Source: Catajapyx aquilonaris (lineage: Eukaryota). Taken from it: 43,770 nt of DNA. Of this stretch, positions 36,558-43,770 are shown one piece after another. The position numbers were made by a program, and so were the translations under genes. The notes under the pieces are model-generated. The model had not been told where the DNA came from. It was given only the letters and a program-made list of their open reading frames with translations, and ran no database searches. The stretch spans positions 62,001-105,770 of the forward strand of contig JYFJ02000877.1 of NCBI GenBank assembly GCA_000934665.2. Direction: 5' to 3'. Positions within the stretch are counted from its first letter, which is position 1; each line of letters starts with the position of its first letter.

Positions 36558-36975
36558 CGAAATGCCCTTATGCAACAATACCTAGCAAATTAAACCATCG
36601 CCGTAAATTCAATTACGCTCATTAGCCACCTCACGTGAGTTCGTATCTTATGGTAATTCCGGGATTTTCTGGGATTTGAAAATAGACTTCCAGACAAAAG
36701 CAAATGCAATAAAATAATACAGTATTTACAAATATTACTCCGTGTTGAACAAAATTTTCCACCATGAATCTGTACGTACGTACATTTCTAAAGTTCTTTA
36801 GAGCAAACACATGGAAGGAGGTGGGGGTGTGATTGTAACTTATAAGGCCCATTTTAAGACATATCGAGTTTCGAGTGTATGGAAGGGAAATTTTTACAAA
36901 CAAACACATTTCCTAATATACTGTATAGTGTATAATTATGTATTACCCACCCCTACCTTTACCAGCACCCCAACA

Positions 36976-37004
36976 TACCCGGGCAACGCCGGGTAACCTG
37001 CTAG
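36976..37004 (+). mobile_element. Helitron 3' terminus
   Basis: Hairpin tacccgg-gcaacg-ccgggta followed by CTAG (37001-37004) and then T. Confidence 0.7.
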
Positions 37005-39563
37005 TAAGACAATATTTTTTCTGAATGCAAAGGATGAGCATCCGTATAGGGAATTTGACATGCACACGTCCGTCTCGTACTGTATTCCACATTTGATTCG
37101 ATCGCTTTGAAGCTTTTAATATTCCACTGGTCGCCAATGCAGAGAGATTCTATTTGGGAAGGCTGACGCCTTTGAAAAATATCGTCGAGGAATTCTTGTA
37201 TTCATTTCCCGCTACTTCAGGAATGTTCCCTTTTGAAAAAGTAACGAGATGTAGTTGGCTGCATGCATTTGGCTGGCAGCAGGCTATTCGGTACGACTTT
37301 CTATTCCTGGCCGATATGAAATGGGTCTACCCGCGCTCATCGTTTCCGCAATATTATGCAACTGAAATGTATGCCGCTCCACTCTGAATTAATTTATTAC
37401 AGTGCCTGAACTGGATTTGAGGTATCATTGAGGCAGCTATAGGCTGGGTGTACCAAATCAAACACTGGGGAATATTGAAAGCTCCCTGCCTTTTTCATAT
37501 GATGGCGGAAAAAATAGGCACTCGCACAAAACAAAGAGAAAGTACATCCCAACATACAATGAAGCATGCATATTTTATCCAGGGCCAGCAGCAGCGTTCG
37601 TTTCCATCAAGGCAATTTAGACAGAGCCACCATCCATCACTGGTCATGGAGCTAGTCACGTTCCCGGATCTAGTGGTCCACCGGATACCCTCTCCAACTG
37701 GATGTACTGCACTACCCTCATCACCCCTACATGTCACATGAGACTCTGTAATCACCCTTTCCCACCCCCTGTCCTCCGCCCTTTCCTGTCAACATCTCAG
37801 CCTCTGTACGTGGGGTGTGAGAGCCAGAGAGTGGGTGAGTCTGTGTGTGCGCATGCGTTCCCATTCAACGAATATAATCTGTCTGAATTATGACCGCGTA
37901 TTACAATTAGCAATGGCTGCATTATAGCAGCTCATCATGTACCCAAATCGTTCACGAAACCTACGAACTGTGGCACATTCTGGTGGAGCTGACCCTGCAG
38001 AAATAAGCGTCAACACGTTGTTTTTTTTAAAAATCTTATCAATGGAAGTACAGTAAAACATTTTGACGCTATACCTTTGGCCTTAATTGCCAGTGATGTA
38101 TTGGTCCAAGAGAAGAAAGGAAATCTGCACTTGATGAAATGATCCTGTAGAGCAAGTGGAACGACTTGACAAGGTGTCCAGACATTTCCCCAAGTACTGC
38201 ATTACATCATGTGTCTACGACAGTGGCCCAGCCTGAACTATGTCGCGGTGCAATTTTTATAGTCCAAGCACGAAAAGGGAGCGAGAGTGATCTGGCAAGT
38301 CTCCAGCAGGCGCAATGTACGCAATTATTCCACCTTTTTATGGAAGTGAAGGACATTGGTTTCGCTGGTAACGATGAGAGGGTATAAGATTGTCGCACGA
38401 GGACGCCAAGACTCAGAGAGTCATAAGGAATAAATTGAATTTGCCGCGATTTCCATTTATATTAGAACTGTATTTCCCAGCTTCCGCAATCGATGAGCCG
38501 AATTCAATTTTCGCTACTCGTGAGCAGGTGACCGACCCAGCATATGAAGGGATCCTGTCTAGTCGCAGGCCATATTTTCTTCTCAAAATGAATTTTGCTC
38601 AAAGTGGATTTGAGTGAGTAAAACAGAGGGGAAAAGTCAGAACCGAATCATTCCCCGTTTTATCAGGAGCGGGCAGAAACAATACTACACGCAATCTGTT
38701 TTGAGGGTTTCAACAAAGGGCAGACAAAAAACGATTCCTTAGTTTTTAACGTTGCAGGTATGGAAAGTTATTGATTCGCAATCAGCCATTGGCCGAATAA
38801 GGCCAGAAAAGGTGTAGTTTATGAAGACCTTGCGTCGAGGGAGTCGCGAATAATATGCGAGGCCAAATGACAGGTAGAAATAAAACATTCGGCGCAGAAG
38901 TGCTTAACGAATTCATTGAATTATAAGCGGTGGTTCCATGCAGATTTTCAACAGCTGCTGAAAATTTCATGTTCTACTTCTACTAGGTACTAGAAGTTTG
39001 AAATTTACCCGATCGCAAAAAATCCGGCGTGGTAAACCTCTACTGCCTCCTAACCCTGCCCTAACTTTGACATTATCATTCGATATTAGGCACCAAACTT
39101 GAGAATAATTATCTAGTGCAGTGGCTGAACTATAGCTGCGAAGGGCCCGCTAGTTCGGGGGATACCACGAGGTAACATATTATACTTCAAAGAGGGAAGA
39201 GAAAGGTGGAGTTTGACAACAGTTTTAATGCGAAAGTTGTTTGTACTGAGATGGCCGATTTTTTTGTACTGTACAGTCATGATAGTCATCTAACAACATC
39301 AGTTGTTATTCATTCCCTCAAAGTCAGCTTGGACTAACTCTTCGTTAATGTGGCAAAATGCATATATTGACTACCAGTGAGGCTGGAATATCACAACTGA
39401 GTATAGGCGGCTAGGTCTGCTAGATGCCTTGCTACGTGGCAATCACAAGAGTGGTTTGGAAATCCTCTTGGAGATAACCATTAGGAAAGAGACACTTTCG
39501 CGATTCAGTTCCTGCCCAGCAGGCGTTCCACTTTTGATGTATGCCATTCTCTTTATCCCACAG

Positions 39564-39718
39564 TCGAGCCTCCAAAGAAGAAACGAAGGAAGAGCATCGG
39601 ACTGGCCCAGCCCAAAAATGCTGTCTGCACCTTGAACGAGCTAAAGGAAGGCTTGATATATACTGTAGTGGACCAGAGTGGACCTGTCCATGCCCCTACT
39701 TTCACTGTGCAAGTACAA
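39564..39718 (+). CDS. ADAR: ADAR exon: NLS plus first half of dsRNA-binding domain 1
   Basis: Acceptor ttctctttatcccacag; donor gtgagt at 39719. Encodes EPPKKKRRKSIGLAQPKNAVCTLNELKEGLIYTVVDQSGPVHAPTFTVQVQ, with the PKN..LNEL and GPVHAP motifs of ADAR2 dsRBD1. Confidence 0.95.
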
Positions 39719-40532
39719 GTGAGTACAACCATCTCATCCTTCTGGTTCCACTTGATTTGCGAGCATGACTGTAATATGTTGTATACTATGGGGCCATCAA
39801 TCAATCTGTGGAGTTGGAGCTTACGGGATATACTCCGAGTTGCCCCGATCCATAATGTTTGCCTGGGTTTCCATCTATAACGAGACGTGTGCTTTTATGG
39901 ATATACTAACGCCGGCAGGGAAAAGGGGAGGGGAGGGAAATAGTGTTTGTGTAAGAGGGAAATCAAATTAAACAGTTAAAAGTGTGGACTTTTTGACACT
40001 GTTCCATGACGAGGAGGCAATTTGGGAGCAAGAATGTCACACCGGTTGGCTCATACGCCTGGTTCCCTGCTGGTTACGTGGTATAAAAATAACAGCCAAG
40101 TTCTTGTAAGAGGAAACTTCCAAGTAGATGGACGCTCGTAACTGATTAGACAGCATTGATCCGCATTGTCTATCACGTCGTAATGTTTTTAATTTGAAAA
40201 TGTTATTACTGTTCTCTCAAGATTTGTTGTCACATGATCCGACAAGCGTAGCAAGCCTCAAAGTACCCAAGGCAATAAGGTGCGGTAGAAGGAATGAACA
40301 GGGGACAGCTCTACAGAACCAACACAGAAAGATACTTGTGTACAGTATAGTCTATAGACCGATCATTCCGGCAGGTGGGATTCATCCTTGAAGTAAACTA
40401 ACTGAAGCACCACTTCTGGCTCACTCTGCCAGGAGGTTGCGCTGAAGAGTGTAGGACTATTGTTTTATTCCATCAAATGTTGCGGAGTACTTTACAGTAA
40501 CCTGCCACTCCCGCAGGGCTGTAATGATAGTA

Positions 40533-40859
40533 CAGTATAGAACCCCGATTATCCGTCACCCACGGGACTGGGGCATTGTCTGATAACAGAAAATGTCGGA
40601 TAATCCGAGGGGAAAAGGAAAGCACAACAAAGAGCATTTTTTAAAAATTGTGAAATAATGTACACTATTACTCTTTTCTCAGAAATAATGAAGTATTTAT
40701 CTTTTACGTACACATTCTGCTGTTTAAAATTTAACTAAGGCAATACAAAACTAATGGTTAGTAGACCTGAATTACACTATTTGATGAGAAAACATACATT
40801 TATTGCTGGAGGCGGGACGGTCGGATAAACCGATGTCGGATAAACGGGGCTCTATACTG
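40533..40859. mobile_element. pogo/Tigger-like MITE
   Basis: ta|cagtatagaaccccgattatccg ... cggataaacggggctctatactg|ta. Confidence 0.88.
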
Positions 40860-40888
40860 TATCAGGTTTTATCGGGAGATTTGGGAGA

Positions 40889-40933
40889 ATGCGAAACGTG
40901 TGTACCATTATGCGAAACATGTGTACCATTATG
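40889..40933. repeat. 21-bp tandem duplication
   Basis: atgcgaaacgtgtgtaccatt / atgcgaaacatgtgtaccatt. Confidence 0.85.
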
Positions 40934-42265
40934 CCGTATTTATACAATACTGTACAATGTCGAGTTCTTAGCATTTTCCTGTCAGGGCCAGGACTATACA
41001 ATATTGTGTGTTGTGAAATATTTCCCGAAAACCTGTGGAATATTTATCTATGCAACTGTAGTTATTCCACGTGACATGGGGTTCTGAGTAAAAATAAATA
41101 AATTGCGACTTTTCGTTAGCCAGGGATTGAACCCACACTAGCAGGCTGGGGGATTTGTAGAAATTCGAGAAATTCTTAGGACCCGTCCCCTTTCTGATTT
41201 GCAGTCGGAAAATTCCTGGTGGAATATTGAGGATCAGCATTGGCCACACGAGAAGAAAATAGCTCCAACTGTCTGTGGAGACCCCAGAGTCAGTCTCTCT
41301 GTGTCTGCCTGCGCATAATCAATATCCTACCAAAATCAGGTGTCTGTAGACGGGATCGGTATCTATGTGAAAGGCTCCTTTCCCATGTGAAGTCATCGGC
41401 GATCGGTACTGCATGTGAAAAACGATCAGCATGTGCCAGGGTCATTATTTTTGCTGACCGTTGGCCATGACGAAATCTGCCAGCCATTTGCTGTACTGCT
41501 GATACTACATGCCCAAAATGTCTCCAAATTGCTTAAGAAAGAGGACACCCAGCGTCCGGTTGCAACCATGCGCCCTATAAGTGTCCGGCGGGATAATCTA
41601 TAGCCTATACCATATACTGTAGGGTAAAGGTCGGAGGGCCTTCTTTTGATCTCATCATTTCCTTGCTTCTTATTCTTCTGGTTGTTTGGGGTTCTTCGTG
41701 AGAGGGTGTGAAGTGACCTACTTTGAAGGTGGAAAGAAGTTCCAGAAATATGATGGTTATATGGACAATGGATCGAGTCAGGCTTAACCTATAAGTGAAG
41801 CTTTTGTATGGAAAACTGGAGCTCGTTTGGACTGCTTGTCGACGAAATCGATAAGGAAGCATTGGAGACGGGGTGGCGGTATATCTAACAAACTGGTCAA
41901 TATGTAAAATCGTTCTTCGCTATATTACTCTCGTCTTTCATTCACATTCTTCTCGACGTTATTCATAGCACGCTGCTCGTTTCTGAGCAAGTCCATCTAT
42001 GACATATTGCCTTTTGGACTACATGTGCATAGGTAATGTTTCTGGAACTGATTTTATGCATGGCGTTATCTCGCCACCACTCTCTTGGTCGCTCCTTTTT
42101 AATCACTTCCTTTTTTCGAATCCCAAGAATTTTCTGAAGTCGGCAAAACAAAAATGGGTCACTCGTTGCAAGGTCTGAATGATACAGTCGTGACAATGTA
42201 TGAACATAGAGGGCCATGTCAGGTGCCACTAGAATGGCATGTTTAAGAGATGACATATTTTTCAG

Positions 42266-42863
42266 GTTGATGGCGAGACTTTCCAAGGGCAAGGGCGCAG
42301 CAAGAAGCAGGCCAAACATGCCGCTGCCGAAGTAGCACTCCGTTCTTTTGTTCAATTTCTGAATGCATCTGAAGTGCACCAGGCCAAAGGAGTACACATT
42401 GCCAACCTGGACTTTGCCTCTGATGTGACAGAACAAGAATCTGATCTCTTCAATGCCTTCGGCGAAGGGAATAATCAAGACGGACCATATTCGATGCAGT
42501 CGGGTCAGCACATGTCCGGCATGCCTCCTCATCAGCAACATTCTTCTATACTTCATCAGGCGGCGTCACAGAATATGGGGGTCAAGGGCGAGAATGGCGC
42601 CCTTCCTCATGCAACTTCAATGGGCGCCAACTCTGATGGCGAAACTGCACAGACACCACACAGTCCAAGCACAAATGGTTTCAGTCAGGCCCCTCGACCC
42701 CGAATGACCCCTGGGTCCTCCGCCACTGATAAGAATCCAGTGATGCTGCTGAATGAGCTTCGGCCTGGTCTTAAGTATGACTTCGTTGCAGAAACTGGTG
42801 AACCCCATGCCAAGAGGTTTACCCTCAGCATTACTATTAATGGGGAGACCTTTGAGGGCACTG
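42266..42863 (+). CDS. ADAR: ADAR exon: end of dsRBD1, linker, most of dsRBD2
   Basis: Acceptor atttttcag; donor gtgagt at 42864. Encodes VDGETFQGQGRSKKQAKHAAAEVALRSFVQFLNASEVHQ...LDFASD...LFNAF (cf. ADAR2 ALRSFVQFPNASEAH...DFTSD) and KNPVMLLNELRPGLKYDFVAETGEPHAKRFTLSITINGETFEGT (cf. ADAR2 dsRBD2). Confidence 0.96.
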
Positions 42864-42911
42864 GTGAGTTGATGTGTGCATTTGTAACTTTGTTGTATAT
42901 ATATTCTTGCA

Positions 42912-43304
42912 CAGTGGAGCATCGATTATATCCGAACCCCGATCAACCGAACCATCGGTTAACCGAACGTTTTCGAGTCGGCAAAAAAAGAGAAAATTTA
43001 AAGCGCGATTTAGCCACCAAAAAACGAGCCTCGGCTCTCAAGCAAAAGAAATTGGCCTTCCCCCTCCCCCCCCCCAACTGTAGGACTGCTTCATGTAAGG
43101 ACAGTAAGGTATATGTACAGTATTTTTAAGACGTGCCTGTGACAGAAAATATACAATTTTGTGATTAATAATCTCTGTTTCTTAGTTTCATATTGCTCCT
43201 ATGACATCGGTACAATTTTTTATCGTAAATGATCGGTTATCCGAACAATCAGTTATCCGAACACCCCCTTCGCAGACTCTGTTCGGATAATCGATGCTCC
43301 ACTG
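42912..43304. mobile_element. pogo/Tigger-like MITE
   Basis: cagtggagcatcgattatatccgaac ... gttcggataatcgatgctccactg|ta; the left TSD reads ca; internal atccgaac repeats. Confidence 0.85.
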
Positions 43305-43687
43305 TATTTATTATCTCGGCACTCCCCGAAGTACTCCAACTGTTGTTACCTACAATACCCTATGTATGTGTACTGCAATTATTCTTGCCAACCTCCCCAT
43401 TGTTCTATTGCTTTCATTGTTGAATATGCAATGTGGATTATTTTCGAACGTGAGTGAAGGAAGGAAGAAGGCCATATCACAAAAAAAAAATCGCGCGGCA
43501 AACGGCGCGCGTTGCGGCATATTTGTCGCGGGGCATATTATTGCCAATAATTAATAATAATTGGCGGGGCACGCGTTTGCCGCTTGACGCTGCCGCTAAA
43601 TCTTTTTGTGTTTCGGCCTAGATCCTTACTTTTGGTTGTTGACAGCGGCGAAGGTTGCTAGGTAATTGCAAAGCCCTTACGGAAATT

Positions 43688-43770
43688 AATCACTGGTAAT
43701 CACTGGCAGTGATAATTACTGACCAGTGCTTCAGTGATAAATTGGCCAGTGATTAAATCACTGGCAGTGA
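43688..43770. repeat. Imperfect short repeats of aatcactggcagtga, running off the window end
   Basis: aatcactgg and cagtgat motifs recur in both orientations; possibly the subterminal region of another transposon. Confidence 0.6.

Larger units (their letters stand above)
1152..42863 (+). other. ADAR: ADAR2-type adenosine deaminase gene, 5' part (5 coding exons in window; continues past window end)
   Basis: Exons 1152-1176, 26769-26971, 31718-31856, 39564-39718 and 42266-42863 join with matching intron phases (1,0,1,0; last donor phase 1) into one open frame of 1120 nt: MASVLPEMVVDDLSQ...EPPKKKRRKSIGLAQPKNAVCTLNEL...KNPVMLLNELRPGLKY. The 5' boundary depends on the tentative first exon. Confidence 0.85.

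Noticed and set aside
38850..39153. Second Helitron-like element ending gggcccgctagt
   Set aside because: A CTAG end is present, but there is no clear hairpin or 5' terminus.
41963..42556. 197-aa minus-strand ORF
   Set aside because: It is the antisense shadow of the ADAR exon plus intron sequence, with no recognisable domain.
42864..43129. C-terminal part of the 251-aa ORF (ELMCAFV...VQYF)
   Set aside because: It is read-through past the gtgagt donor into intron and MITE; dsRBD2 similarity stops at the donor.
1..43770. Z-DNA-binding domain, third dsRBD or deaminase domain of ADAR
   Set aside because: I found none of these motifs in the window; the deaminase exons must lie downstream.

Overview
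Eukaryotic, intron-rich animal DNA; the protein looks arthropod-like, which is my inference. The window holds the 5' half of an ADAR2-type (ADARB1/Adar-like) dsRNA adenosine deaminase gene on the + strand. Two exons (39564-39718, 42266-42863) clearly encode an SV40-like NLS, dsRBD1, the ADAR2-type linker motif and most of dsRBD2. Three upstream exons (1152-1176, 26769-26971, 31718-31856) splice in frame and add a ~138-aa N-terminal extension; the first of these is tentative. The deaminase domain lies beyond the window. The introns are full of transposon relics: MITEs of the PIF/Harbinger, piggyBac, hAT, pogo/Tigger and Sola-like types, a decayed DD36E Tc1 element, tRNA-SINEs (one with a V-SINE-like core), an RTE LINE 3' end and Helitron-like ends. 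The most notable observations are a ~4-kb concentric nest of inverted repeats in the ADAR pre-mRNA (possible self-editing substrate) and a 26-nt candidate microexon that is frame-equivalent to exon 2 but gives an immediate stop if both are included. Almost all other ORFs in the track appear spurious. All identities were estimated by eye.
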